Shown here: in pieces, positions 49,002 to 58,838 of the stretch
Layout of the letters: every line of letters begins with the position of its first letter
How positions within the stretch are numbered: position 1 is the stretch's first letter
Source of the DNA: a virus
Lineage: Duplodnaviria > Caudoviricetes
DNA length: 64,000 nucleotides
IMG/VR virus record: IMGVR_UViG_3300037067_019204
Location: 32,001 to 96,000 of that record
Reading direction: 5' to 3' (one strand)
The notes under the pieces: model-generated
What the model saw: only the letters and a program-made list of their open reading frames with translations
The model's database searches: none
What the model was told of the DNA's origin: nothing
Program-made: the position numbers and the translations under genes

Positions 49002-49190
49002 ATGGGAAGACGAAAAATACATCCAGAAAACAAGGCTAGTGGTACATCTATTTCATTAAGCCCGAAGCATAAAAAAATGTTAGAAGAAATGTCTAAAGAA
49101 ACTGATAAAAAGAGGTCGGATATAATACAAGAACTCATTGAAAGAGAATTTGAGGCTATTTATTCTAATATAGTAGCAAAGAAGGGGTAG
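49002..49190 (+). CDS. ribbon-helix-helix (CopG-like) regulator
   Basis: TSISLS...KMLEEMSKET.KKRSDIIQELIE. Confidence 0.7.
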   Translation: MGRRKIHPENKASGTSISLSPKHKKMLEEMSKETDKKRSDIIQELIEREFEAIYSNIVAKKG

Positions 49191-49191
49191 A

Positions 49192-49764
49192 ATGCAACAA
49201 ATACGACGAGTTCCGGTTCAAAGTTATGCAAATAACACTATGGAAGAAGTGTTTGGGAAATTTGAGGAGCTTTTTAAAAGATATGATGAAACAAAATCTT
49301 ATGAAGAATGGTCTGAGGTCAAAATACTATTTGACACACATATGCTTCAAATTGAGGATACTTCTGATATAGAGTCTATAATAGATGAAATCAATAAGGT
49401 ATCATCTAGAATTTTTATGTATGGGGCTTTATGTGAGTCACAGCAACGAGTTGTACAGCAATTAGAAGATGGATTTGAAAAATGGATTGCGGAAAGGTAT
49501 GTTGTGATAGATTCTTCTCCTACTGAAGAAGAAACTGAAGGTGGAGTTGTTAAAAAAAGAAAAGTTAAACAAACTGAAACAGCAAAAGAAAATTTGTTAA
49601 AAGTTGCCTATGGTGATGAGTATTCTAAATATCAAGAAAAACTACGAAATGAAAAATATAAGCTTGGTTTGGTTAAAAGAGTAGTTGCTGGTTTGGATAG
49701 TTACTCATACAAATTACATAGTATTTTAAACTATAGACAAATAGCAATTCAAAAAGGTCTTTAA
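49192..49764 (+). CDS. helical protein, possible UvsY-like recombination mediator
   Basis: all-helical, in the replication/recombination operon; function assigned by context only. Confidence 0.35.
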   Translation: MQQIRRVPVQSYANNTMEEVFGKFEELFKRYDETKSYEEWSEVKILFDTHMLQIEDTSDIESIIDEINKVSSRIFMYGALCESQQRVVQQLEDGFEKWIAERYVVIDSSPTEEETEGGVVKKRKVKQTETAKENLLKVAYGDEYSKYQEKLRNEKYKLGLVKRVVAGLDSYSYKLHSILNYRQIAIQKGL

Positions 49765-49794
49765 TATTTAATATAATAAGGAGTATCTAATTAA

Positions 49795-50040
49795 ATGATT
49801 CAAAAAGTAGTAGATTTTTTTAATAACACATTTGGAAGTGCTGGTAAATGGGTACTTTTGGGTGTGGTGGGTGTAGCATTAATTATAGGTATAATATTGG
49901 TGGTGTTTGTTATGAAAAATCTTTGGGTAGTATTGGGCGTGGGTGCAGGTGTAGTTGCTCTAGTTGGTGCAGGTTTTGTTGTATATAATAAATTTATTAA
50001 AAAAGGTACAACAACAACTGATTCTAGCGCAGCTAATTAA
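49795..50040 (+). CDS. two-TM small membrane protein
   Basis: two hydrophobic helices; AAGGAG RBS; terminator-like hairpin at about 50049-50078. Confidence 0.7.
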   Translation: MIQKVVDFFNNTFGSAGKWVLLGVVGVALIIGIILVVFVMKNLWVVLGVGAGVVALVGAGFVVYNKFIKKGTTTTDSSAAN

Positions 50041-50125
50041 TTTTTCTTAAAAGGTCTTTTTTAAAAAAAGACCTTTTTCTTAAAAAATTATTTGAAATTT
50101 ATTAAAAATTACTATATATTAAAAT

Positions 50126-50395
50126 ATGAATAAAGAAATAACAGAAGAATCTATTTATAAAACAATTATAGAACTATTTACAGAATATCTTAAAGAATTA
50201 ACCGAAAACAAAATTGAATATAAACTTACAGGCCGAGAGAATCTTAAAGAAGATTTAGAATTTGATGATTTAGCACTTATAGAAATTACCTTAATTCTTG
50301 AGCATCTGTTTAAAATAGAAATTGATGATAATATGATGGAAGAATTTATAACTATAGATTCTATCTCTAATATTATTTGTAAAAAAATACTGTAA
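50126..50395 (+). CDS. acyl carrier protein-like, lacking the phosphopantetheine Ser
   Basis: LKEDLEFDDLALIEITLILEHLFKIEIDD...TI..I vs ACP consensus DLG.DSL...E....LE..F.I.I.D. Confidence 0.65.
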   Translation: MNKEITEESIYKTIIELFTEYLKELTENKIEYKLTGRENLKEDLEFDDLALIEITLILEHLFKIEIDDNMMEEFITIDSISNIICKKIL

Positions 50396-50484
50396 TTTAC
50401 CCCTTGTGGGTATGGATTGAAGTAACTAGCCCTTAAAAAAGTTCAATATAATTTAATTAATAAACCAAAATGGAGGCGTTGAAA

Positions 50485-51660
50485 ATGGAAGACTATTTAG
50501 ATCAGTATTATGAAGAAGTTGAAGAGGAAGAAGGTGGTTTTACTAAGGAGTATGCTGTTGAAAAAGTAATTGGTTCTGACAATAATATACTCCGACTTGT
50601 TGATCCAAAATCTGTATTTAAATATTATCGTTGTTGGCCAGTGTGCGATGATGGTAAAAAAAGACCTTTCGTTATCGCAAATGATTTAGAAGGAGATGGT
50701 ATTTTTGCTAAAATTATTGGAGACTATCATCCATATAAATGGTATGTTGGTGGTATTCTTGAAACAGAAAAAGATGAGTTTGGTGGGAAAAAGTATGTTT
50801 ATGAAACCACTGACCCAGAATTAATGCTTCAAGTTGCGTATAATAACGATAGATCCAATAATAATGGAAGTTGGAAACCAAGACGAGAGTTTGCTTTTAA
50901 TTGCATTGATCGTGATCTTGAAACAAAAGGAGATTTTATGGGGCAAAATTGGTGTAAAGTAAATAAACACACCAAAATGATACGAATGCCAGCCACTGCT
51001 TTACAAAGTTTAAAGCTAGTTCATGAACAAAATGGATCTCCTGATGAGTATGATATTGCTTATACTAAACAAGGAAGTGGTAGAAATACAAAGCACAATA
51101 TCCAAAAAGCGGGTGATAAAAAACCGGGAGTTGTTATTGGTTTTATAACCGATGAAGAATTGGCTTATGAAAGATATGATTTAAAAGAAGAGTGCAAACT
51201 TTCCCCAGCTTTGTATATTCTGAAATATCTTGAAAAGACAATTGAAAGGATAGATAAGATAATGGGAACAAACTATCTTGATCAATTTAAGGAACAAGCT
51301 GAAAAGGAAAAGAAAGCATATGAGGCTCAAAAAGGTACAGTAGCTGCACCAGCACCTGAATCTAAGCCAAAAGTAGCTACTCCAGAATCTGCTCCTCAAA
51401 GAAACGAATCTGTATCAGGAAATGGTTCCCCACAAACTGCAACAGTTCGTACAAGCTTTGTTAAAAGTAGAGTTCCACAAAATAAACCAAAAGAAGAAGT
51501 AATTCTATGCCCGTATTGCGGGACAGAAATTCCTAAATCTTCTGAAAAATGTCCACAATGTAGTGCTGATCTTTTTGCACCATGTTCAGAATGCGGCGAA
51601 AGATTTAGCATTCTTGAAACGGTATGCCCAAAATGTCATGCAGTTTATACATTGGGTTAA
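50485..51660 (+). CDS. putative ssDNA-binding protein with C-terminal double zinc ribbon
   Basis: KPRREFAFNCIDR, YDIAYTKQGSGRNTKH resemble phage gp32-like SSBs; four CxxC; GGAGG RBS before ATG 50485. Confidence 0.6.
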   Translation: MEDYLDQYYEEVEEEEGGFTKEYAVEKVIGSDNNILRLVDPKSVFKYYRCWPVCDDGKKRPFVIANDLEGDGIFAKIIGDYHPYKWYVGGILETEKDEFGGKKYVYETTDPELMLQVAYNNDRSNNNGSWKPRREFAFNCIDRDLETKGDFMGQNWCKVNKHTKMIRMPATALQSLKLVHEQNGSPDEYDIAYTKQGSGRNTKHNIQKAGDKKPGVVIGFITDEELAYERYDLKEECKLSPALYILKYLEKTIERIDKIMGTNYLDQFKEQAEKEKKAYEAQKGTVAAPAPESKPKVATPESAPQRNESVSGNGSPQTATVRTSFVKSRVPQNKPKEEVILCPYCGTEIPKSSEKCPQCSADLFAPCSECGERFSILETVCPKCHAVYTLG

Positions 51661-52224
51661 TTGGGGATGTTATTCCTTGGTTTAGACCTATCTCCCACAG
51701 CAAGTGGCGTAATTTTAATTAATGAAAATTACGAAAGAGTTAAGGAAACTGTTCTTTCCACTCCTAAAATAGGGGTGGAAAGACTTTATTTTTTAGAAAA
51801 TCAATTTAAAAACTTTATTAAAGACTATATAAAAGATATAAAACTTGTATGCGTTGAATCCCCCGCTTATGGTGTAAGTGAGGGAAATTTGGTGCTTATA
51901 GGGCAATGGTTAGGTATAGTGGAATTAAATTTATTTAAATCAAATCTTGATTTTATACCCGCTGCTCCCTCTCAAGTAAAAAAATACCTTTTAGGTATTG
52001 GAAGAGGAGAAAAAAATTTAATGCTTTTAAAAGCATATAAAACTTATGGGGAAGAGTTTGACAGTGATGATATTTGTGATGCTTATGTATTAGCTAGAAT
52101 TGCCCGTGATTATTACTTTTCTTTTATATTAAAAGATGATACTCAATATAAAAAATTTGAAAAAGAAGTTCTTGATAAAATACGTAAATCAATACTTTTA
52201 AGTATGTCTGGAACTACAATATGA
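51661..52224 (+). CDS. ruvC: RuvC-like Holliday junction resolvase
   Basis: LGLDLS..SG, VCVES, PSQVKKY..G.G..EK, DDICDA. Confidence 0.85.
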   Translation: MGMLFLGLDLSPTASGVILINENYERVKETVLSTPKIGVERLYFLENQFKNFIKDYIKDIKLVCVESPAYGVSEGNLVLIGQWLGIVELNLFKSNLDFIPAAPSQVKKYLLGIGRGEKNLMLLKAYKTYGEEFDSDDICDAYVLARIARDYYFSFILKDDTQYKKFEKEVLDKIRKSILLSMSGTTI

Positions 52225-54773
52225 ATATAGAAAAAATAAGAAGCATACCAAGAAATATTCGAGTAGATATTAGAAAAAAGCTACTTGATGAACAATTTAG
52301 TAATAAATATTGCAAAAAATGTGGATTGTATAATAAAGTTATAAATCCATATTTAGAGGGCAGAGGAAATAAAAATTCAAAATTATTAATTCTTGGGGAG
52401 GCTCCAGCAGAAAATGAAGATATACAAGGACAACCCTTTGTTGGAAGATCTGGCCAAATTCTGCAAGATAGAATAAATAAATTTAGTATAGATTGTTATA
52501 TAAGTAATGCTGTACGATGTCGTCCGACAGACACACAAGGTAAAAATAGAAAACCGACTCCGACAGAGATAAAATGTTGCTATCCGTTTACTATAAAATT
52601 AATTAAAGAAATAAAACCTAAAGTTATTTTAACTTTAGGTAATATTCCAACAAATCAAATTCTTAATAATAATCTTGGGATAACAGTTTGTCGTGGGAAG
52701 AAATTTTATCATTCAGAATTGGGGGCTTATGTAATACCAACATATCACCCATCTTATTTGGCACGAACTAATGATCATATATTATATTCCCAATTTGAAG
52801 AAGATTTAAATTTAGCAAATTCTTTAATTTATTCTACTCCTGTAAGAACAGTACAAGCAAAACCAAAATCTTTGGTAGATCCTATTGAGATAAAAGATTA
52901 TTTAACTTCTATTCTTTCTAAGACAGCAGTGGCTGTTGACTTAGAAACAACAGGGCTTGATTCTAAAGTTGATAGAATAACAGATATTTCTTTTTGTTAT
53001 GAAATAGGTAAGGGTATTCATATAAAATGGGAAAATGTTATTCCTCATATGGAGTTATTAAAAGAAGTTATGGCTTCGTCTGTTGATAAAGTAGGTCATA
53101 ATTTTACTTTTGATAAAGAATTTTTAGAATCTGTTGGGATTAAAGTTAATGGATTTAAATTTGATACTATGTTAGCAGAACATACTCTAACAATGAGTAT
53201 GGAAGGAAAAGAAATAAATGGTTTATACAAGCTTAAAACAATGGCATGGTACTATACTAATTGTGGTGGTTACGAGTCTGTTTTAGGTGAGGGTGGTATA
53301 AAAGCTATCATAAAACCAAAAGCAGCGAAAAAATCAAAAAAAGAATTAATGGAAGATGTGGAAAGTTTTATTAATCCAGAAGAAGCTGAATTGGATGATT
53401 GTTTTTCTTATATAGATTCTGAAAAAGTTAAACGTTTGAATTCTTTAGGCATAGAACCTTTGCCATATTATTCTGCTATGGATGCTGATACAACATATAA
53501 AATTTATTTAAAACAAAAACCTTTAATAGATAAAGATTATTCTTTTATTTATAATGAGATTATAATTCCATTAGCTCCTGTTTTGAATAAAATGAAAATG
53601 AATGGAATTAAGCTTGATTTAGATTATATGAATAAAGTTTTTGATGAAAATGTAAAAGAAGCATCGGAATTAGAAGCTGATATTTATAAAAAAGCAAAAA
53701 GAAAGTTTGATATAGACTCTCCTCAACAATTATCAGAGATTATTTTTAAAGTTTTTAAAGTAAAACCAAATGATGATTACAAGACACCAAAAGGTGCATA
53801 TTCTGTAGATGTAGAAGCAATTAAATTTTATAGCAAAAAAAATAAAAATCTTGAAAGAATTGTAGAGTATAGAAAACTTAATAAACAAAATTCTACTTAT
53901 ATAACGGGATTTAAGAAATTTATGGATGAGAGCACTCATAGAGTGCATGCAAGCTATCTCCAGCATTCTACAGCTACAGGTAGGCTTAGTTGTATAAATC
54001 CTCCTGTGCAAACTATTCCCAAAGATAACAAGATAAGGAATATGATTATTCCTAGTGAGGGAAATAAACTTTTAGTTTCTGACCTTTCCCAGATAGAATT
54101 AAGAATTTTAGCTATGTTGAGTAAAGATTCAAATATGATAGAAGCTTTTAACTCAGGTATGGACTTTCATTCAACAACAGCATGCAAAATGTTTAATATA
54201 GATCCAAATATATTTGATAAAAAAAATAATCCAAAACATGCTTCTGCAAGAGATGCAAGTAAAACTATAAATTTTGGGATAGTTTATGGTCAATCTGCAT
54301 ATGCATTGGCTGATTCCTTAAAAATTGATGTTAAAGAAGCTCAAGGGTTTATAGATACTTGGTTTAGAACATATCCAAATATACAAAGATGGATGAATGG
54401 TGTTATTGCATTTACAAGACGCAATGGTTATATAGAAACTTTATATGGGAGAAGACGTTGGTTGCCAATGATTCATTCTTCTGATAAGAAGATACAATCT
54501 GCGGCTGAAAGAAGGGCAATAAATACAGTTGTACAGTCTTCGGCAGGAGATATTAATAATATAGCTTTAATAAGAGCACAGAAATGGATAGACGATACAA
54601 ATAAAAAATCTATGCTTGTGGCGGCTGTTCATGATAGTATATTAATTGATGCTGTTCCTGAAGAAGTTGAAGAAATATCCATTAAAATTATGGAATTCCA
54701 AACCAAAGATATTCCTAGAATTACAGTTCCTTTGGTTTCAGATGTGCAAATATTAGACAGATGGGAAAAATAA
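52221..54773 (+). CDS. polA: family-4 uracil-DNA glycosylase fused to family A DNA polymerase
   Basis: GEAPAENED..G.PFVGRSG, CRP, YHPSY; exonuclease DLETTGL, HN..FD, YSAMDA; ATGRLS, DLSQIELR, K.INFGIVYG, VHDS. Confidence 0.93.
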   Translation: MNIEKIRSIPRNIRVDIRKKLLDEQFSNKYCKKCGLYNKVINPYLEGRGNKNSKLLILGEAPAENEDIQGQPFVGRSGQILQDRINKFSIDCYISNAVRCRPTDTQGKNRKPTPTEIKCCYPFTIKLIKEIKPKVILTLGNIPTNQILNNNLGITVCRGKKFYHSELGAYVIPTYHPSYLARTNDHILYSQFEEDLNLANSLIYSTPVRTVQAKPKSLVDPIEIKDYLTSILSKTAVAVDLETTGLDSKVDRITDISFCYEIGKGIHIKWENVIPHMELLKEVMASSVDKVGHNFTFDKEFLESVGIKVNGFKFDTMLAEHTLTMSMEGKEINGLYKLKTMAWYYTNCGGYESVLGEGGIKAIIKPKAAKKSKKELMEDVESFINPEEAELDDCFSYIDSEKVKRLNSLGIEPLPYYSAMDADTTYKIYLKQKPLIDKDYSFIYNEIIIPLAPVLNKMKMNGIKLDLDYMNKVFDENVKEASELEADIYKKAKRKFDIDSPQQLSEIIFKVFKVKPNDDYKTPKGAYSVDVEAIKFYSKKNKNLERIVEYRKLNKQNSTYITGFKKFMDESTHRVHASYLQHSTATGRLSCINPPVQTIPKDNKIRNMIIPSEGNKLLVSDLSQIELRILAMLSKDSNMIEAFNSGMDFHSTTACKMFNIDPNIFDKKNNPKHASARDASKTINFGIVYGQSAYALADSLKIDVKEAQGFIDTWFRTYPNIQRWMNGVIAFTRRNGYIETLYGRRRWLPMIHSSDKKIQSAAERRAINTVVQSSAGDINNIALIRAQKWIDDTNKKSMLVAAVHDSILIDAVPEEVEEISIKIMEFQTKDIPRITVPLVSDVQILDRWEK

Positions 54774-54790
54774 AAAATAGGAGAAACATA

Positions 54791-56161
54791 ATGAAGAACA
54801 ATGAATTGCCAGATATTGCAAAAGAGATTAATAAAAAAGCAAAAACTACAAAAATAACAACCTTGGATAGGGCTGTTTCTTTCAAGTTAAAAAGATTTTT
54901 TAGTGGGAGTTTAACTGTTGATGATTTAACCGGGGGAGGATATGCATATCGTCGTATTCATTTACTCTTTGGGCAAAAAAGTAGTGGAAAGAATGCTGAG
55001 TTAAATCAAATGATTGCATACAATCAAAGGATATGTAGGCATTGCCATAAAATTCTTCCTGAGTTTTGGGATAGTGATGAGAGACATGCAATTTTTTTGA
55101 GGCATGTGTTACAAATACCTAAGTGTAATTGTAGGGAGTCTGTTGGAAAAATATTTTTAATTGAAGATTATGAAAAGTCATTGGAGATTACTGATCCAAG
55201 AGTTGTTGTAATACGTGATTATTTTCTTAAAGAGACCAAACAAGAAATTGACGAAGAAGAATATTTTAATTTAGTTAGAGAACGTGATCGTTTAACAAAA
55301 TTGGAAAATTTAAATGATGCTGAAAAAGCTGGAATAGAAAAGATAGAAAAACAAATAGAAAATATAGAAATTTCAGAAAATGAGGTATTACAAAAACCTG
55401 TTACTGATTATTTGGTTGATTGTGGTGTTCTTATTGATAGATTGTTGGTGGCCGACCCAGAAGACACAGAGGAGGGAATTGAAATCACAAGAGATATGAT
55501 AAAAGATAAGGGGGCTGATGGTATTATTTGGGATTCAATCCAAGCTGCAATTCCGAAATATGTAAAAGCTAAGGAAGCAGACGAAGATACAATGGGAAAG
55601 GAGGCCAAGCAAAACGCTCTTTTGCTTCGTCATATTTGTAGTGCTTTTGCAGCAAAAGATCTTGAAGATGAATCAGAAGCATATAGACCTGCTGTTTTTA
55701 TTACAAGTCAAATGAGATCTAATTTGGGGTCATTTCATGCACAGGATTCATATAGTGGTGGGAATGCACTTAAACATCATACCAGTCTTGCTTTAGAGTT
55801 AAAAAGGGAACAGTTTTTAACCAGTGAAGGAGAAAAAGCTAAAACTAGTGGTAATGATAAAGATGTATTCTATGGGCAAGAAATACGCATTAGGGCAGAA
55901 AAAAATAAATTGGCTGCTCCGGGGGATTTATATACATATGATTATTATTTTAGAAAAGGAGATAAGTTTTCTATTGGTGAAATAGATCATGTAAAAGAAC
56001 TTTTCACTTTGGGAACCACCTATAATATAATAGAAAAAGCAGGAGCACACTATAAAACACTTGGTCAAGACTTTCATGGAAAAGATGCTTTATTTGAGTT
56101 TTTTAGGGCTAATCCAGAATTTATGGGAAGAGTTTATTCAAAAATAAGAGCGAGGTTCTAA
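54791..56161 (+). CDS. recA: RecA-family recombinase with insertions
   Basis: SGSLTVD..TGGG, GQKSSGKN, IIWDSI, MG.EA, SQMR, GGNALKH, KNK.A.P, AGA.Y; ATG 54791 after AGGAG. Confidence 0.85.
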   Translation: MKNNELPDIAKEINKKAKTTKITTLDRAVSFKLKRFFSGSLTVDDLTGGGYAYRRIHLLFGQKSSGKNAELNQMIAYNQRICRHCHKILPEFWDSDERHAIFLRHVLQIPKCNCRESVGKIFLIEDYEKSLEITDPRVVVIRDYFLKETKQEIDEEEYFNLVRERDRLTKLENLNDAEKAGIEKIEKQIENIEISENEVLQKPVTDYLVDCGVLIDRLLVADPEDTEEGIEITRDMIKDKGADGIIWDSIQAAIPKYVKAKEADEDTMGKEAKQNALLLRHICSAFAAKDLEDESEAYRPAVFITSQMRSNLGSFHAQDSYSGGNALKHHTSLALELKREQFLTSEGEKAKTSGNDKDVFYGQEIRIRAEKNKLAAPGDLYTYDYYFRKGDKFSIGEIDHVKELFTLGTTYNIIEKAGAHYKTLGQDFHGKDALFEFFRANPEFMGRVYSKIRARF

Positions 56162-56164
56162 AAA

Positions 56165-56386
56165 ATGATTTGTGATTGGTTTAAAGTTGAATGCGATTCA
56201 AGTTTTTGTGGTTGCAATAGAACAAGAGAAATAGAATCTCTTTTGAAGGAAGTATTTCATGAATTAAAAATAATTGCTTCATATAAAAATGATAGTAGAA
56301 TGAATTTTGGTTTAAAAACAACTGCTATTGCATATGATAAACTATGTGATAGAATAAAAGAGGTTATTAAAGTAGATGAACAATAA
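56165..56386 (+). CDS. hypothetical protein
   Basis: 73-aa ORF within the operon. Confidence 0.5.
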   Translation: MICDWFKVECDSSFCGCNRTREIESLLKEVFHELKIIASYKNDSRMNFGLKTTAIAYDKLCDRIKEVIKVDEQ

Positions 56387-56873
56387 AAAGGTATCAAAAA
56401 GAAGAGAACAATCGGCGGCTAAAGATGTGAAAGGTAGATCCCATGTGGGATCAGGAAATACATGGTTTCGAAAAGCTGATTTTTCTGATGACGATGATAT
56501 CTTATATGAGGATAAATTTGTTAATGATAAGTCATATAGACTAGCCCTTCCAATTTTAACTAAGCTTGAGTCACAGGCAAAAAAGATTGGCAAAATACCT
56601 GTACTCAGGTTTGGTTTTATGCCTTGGAATATAAATTATGCTGTTTTGAGAGAATGTGATTGTTCTCATGTTGCTGAAAAAGATTTGACACACAGGCACA
56701 TATTATTGTTAGATACAGATAAAAAAAGTATGATGTTAAAATTAGATTTTCTTAGAGAACTTTATTTATCTCCTGATTCTGGAATTTTATTATTATGTGT
56801 TTCCTTTGGTGAAAAGGGATATTATGTTTTACAATGGGAGTCTTTTGTAGAACATAAAAAAGAATTTTGTTGA
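56376..56873 (+). CDS. PD-(D/E)xK nuclease, phage Holliday junction resolvase-like
   Basis: REQSAAK...GSG....KAD...YEDK. Confidence 0.65.
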   Translation: MNNKKVSKRREQSAAKDVKGRSHVGSGNTWFRKADFSDDDDILYEDKFVNDKSYRLALPILTKLESQAKKIGKIPVLRFGFMPWNINYAVLRECDCSHVAEKDLTHRHILLLDTDKKSMMLKLDFLRELYLSPDSGILLLCVSFGEKGYYVLQWESFVEHKKEFC

Positions 56874-56906
56874 TAAAAAAGTAAAAAACAAAAAAGGATT
56901 ACTGTT

Positions 56907-57626
56907 ATGCCAAAATGTACAATTTGCAATGATTCTACATTTATTAGAAAAGTAGTGGATGGAGAAGAAATTTGGGTTCCCTGTGAATGTCGTAGGAAAA
57001 AAGATGCAGAAATGATTATGGAATCACGGCTTACTCATGCAAATATAAGAAAAAGTTTGCGTGGGTACACTTTTGATGATTATTTAAAACTTGCTAATAA
57101 TTTTTCCCCAACAGTTAAAGCTTTTAATGAGCCAAGAATTAATATTCTTAAATCTTTTATTAATAATCCAAAAGAATTTTTAGAAAAGAAACAAGTTATT
57201 TTGTTGTATGGAAATGAAGAAAATAGTGGTCATACAACACTTGCGGTTATTTTAGGCATTGAACTTCTTAAAATAGGTTACAAAGTTCGTTATATTGAAA
57301 TGCAACAACTAATAGATGCTTTTGTTCAATTTGACGGTAAAAATACTTATTTTGATGAACTAGCAAAATTTAATGTTTATATTATTGATGATGCATTCGA
57401 TGACACTAGAACTATAGCAAAAGGAAAATATACTCAGGTTCATTTATACCAATTTATTAATACTGCATTAAATGATGGTAAACATTTTATAATGACTTCT
57501 AATGTTCCAGTAAATCAAATTTCTTCAGAATATGAACAATGTAAACTAATATTACAACGTTCTTTATCACAAATTGAACTACATGGTTCTTTGACTACTT
57601 TATTAGAAAAGGGTGATCTAGTATAG
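56907..57626 (+). CDS. DnaC/IstB-like helicase loader, degenerate Walker A
   Basis: CTIC...PCEC, TFDDY, LLYGNEENSGHTTLA, YIIDD, IMTSN. Confidence 0.7.
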   Translation: MPKCTICNDSTFIRKVVDGEEIWVPCECRRKKDAEMIMESRLTHANIRKSLRGYTFDDYLKLANNFSPTVKAFNEPRINILKSFINNPKEFLEKKQVILLYGNEENSGHTTLAVILGIELLKIGYKVRYIEMQQLIDAFVQFDGKNTYFDELAKFNVYIIDDAFDDTRTIAKGKYTQVHLYQFINTALNDGKHFIMTSNVPVNQISSEYEQCKLILQRSLSQIELHGSLTTLLEKGDLV

Positions 57627-57679
57627 ATTATTATTATGGTTTTTAAAATTGTTGTATTAATTTTAAATTAAAAAAATAT

Positions 57680-58819
57680 ATGGCAAGAAAGACAACTCAA
57701 CAATTTATTATTGATGCTAATAAAATACACAATAATTTTTATAATTATGAGAGGGTTGTGTATATAAATAGTAAAACAAAAGTTTTAATAAAGTGTCCTA
57801 AACATGGATTATTTTCTCAAGAACCCCAATCTCATTTAGATGGAAAAGGGTGCCGACAATGTTCTATAGAAAGAACGAAGGTTAGGTGTAGACTTACTTT
57901 AGGTAAAGTAAAAGAACGTTGTAAATCCATAAATTTGGAATTTTTAGATACTCATTATATTAATAATACAACTTTATTTAAGGTGAAATGTAATATTTGT
58001 GGATGGGAAGGATTTATTGCACTTAATAGTATTTCTCGTAGGTTAGGATGTCCTAAATGTTCTCAAGGATTGGGGGAACGTATATGTCGAGAATATTTTG
58101 AGCAAATATTCAAAAAATCTTTTCCTTCATGTTTTCCAAAATGGTTAGGGGGTCTTCAATTAGATGGATACAATGAAGAATTGGGGATTGCCTTTGAGCA
58201 TCAAGGAAGACAGCATTATAAAATAGGATCTATTTTTAGCAAAAATAAAAGAATATTTAAGAATATACAAAAAAGAGACAATATAAAAAAAGATTTGTGT
58301 ATAAAAAATAATATAAAGCTTTTTATAATTCCAGAAATTCCTTTATTTACTAAAATAAATGATATTAAAGATGAAATAAAAAATCAATCAATAAATTTAG
58401 GTATTATACTTCCTTTAGATTTTAATGATATTATTATTGATACTTCAAAAGTATATAACCCCAATGATATTAGTAGATTAAATGAACAAAAAATAATAGC
58501 TCAATCTAAAAATGGAGTATGCTTGTCAAATGAATGGCTTGGTTGGTCAACTAAATTATTATATAAATGTGATAAAAACCACGAATTCTGGGCTACACCT
58601 TTTAATATAAAATTTAATAGAAAATGGTGCAGAAAATGTAGTATTAGCAAATATAGAAGAAAATCTGTTCTACAATATGATCTTCAAGGAAATTTTATAA
58701 AAAAGTACGAGTCTATTTTAGAAGCTGAAAAAAAAGTGGGTGTTGGGGGAATTACTTACTGTTGTAAAGGAGAGAGGAGAAGTGTTGGTGGATTTATTTG
58801 GAAATATTGTGTGGAATAA
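57680..58819 (+). CDS. putative homing endonuclease (DUF723-like + Vsr-like + NUMOD1)
   Basis: IKCPKHG.F.Q.P..HL.G.GC, GE...LDGYNEELGIAFEHQGRQHY, VLQYDLQGNFIKKYESI.EA...GGFIWKY. Confidence 0.8.
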   Translation: MARKTTQQFIIDANKIHNNFYNYERVVYINSKTKVLIKCPKHGLFSQEPQSHLDGKGCRQCSIERTKVRCRLTLGKVKERCKSINLEFLDTHYINNTTLFKVKCNICGWEGFIALNSISRRLGCPKCSQGLGERICREYFEQIFKKSFPSCFPKWLGGLQLDGYNEELGIAFEHQGRQHYKIGSIFSKNKRIFKNIQKRDNIKKDLCIKNNIKLFIIPEIPLFTKINDIKDEIKNQSINLGIILPLDFNDIIIDTSKVYNPNDISRLNEQKIIAQSKNGVCLSNEWLGWSTKLLYKCDKNHEFWATPFNIKFNRKWCRKCSISKYRRKSVLQYDLQGNFIKKYESILEAEKKVGVGGITYCCKGERRSVGGFIWKYCVE

Positions 58820-58838
58820 AATTTAATAGGGGTAGTGT

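Noticed and set aside
50397-50450. Possible structured leader of the SSB gene (T4 gene 32-like operator)
   Set aside because: Only a short TACCC/GGGTA hairpin; no convincing pseudoknot
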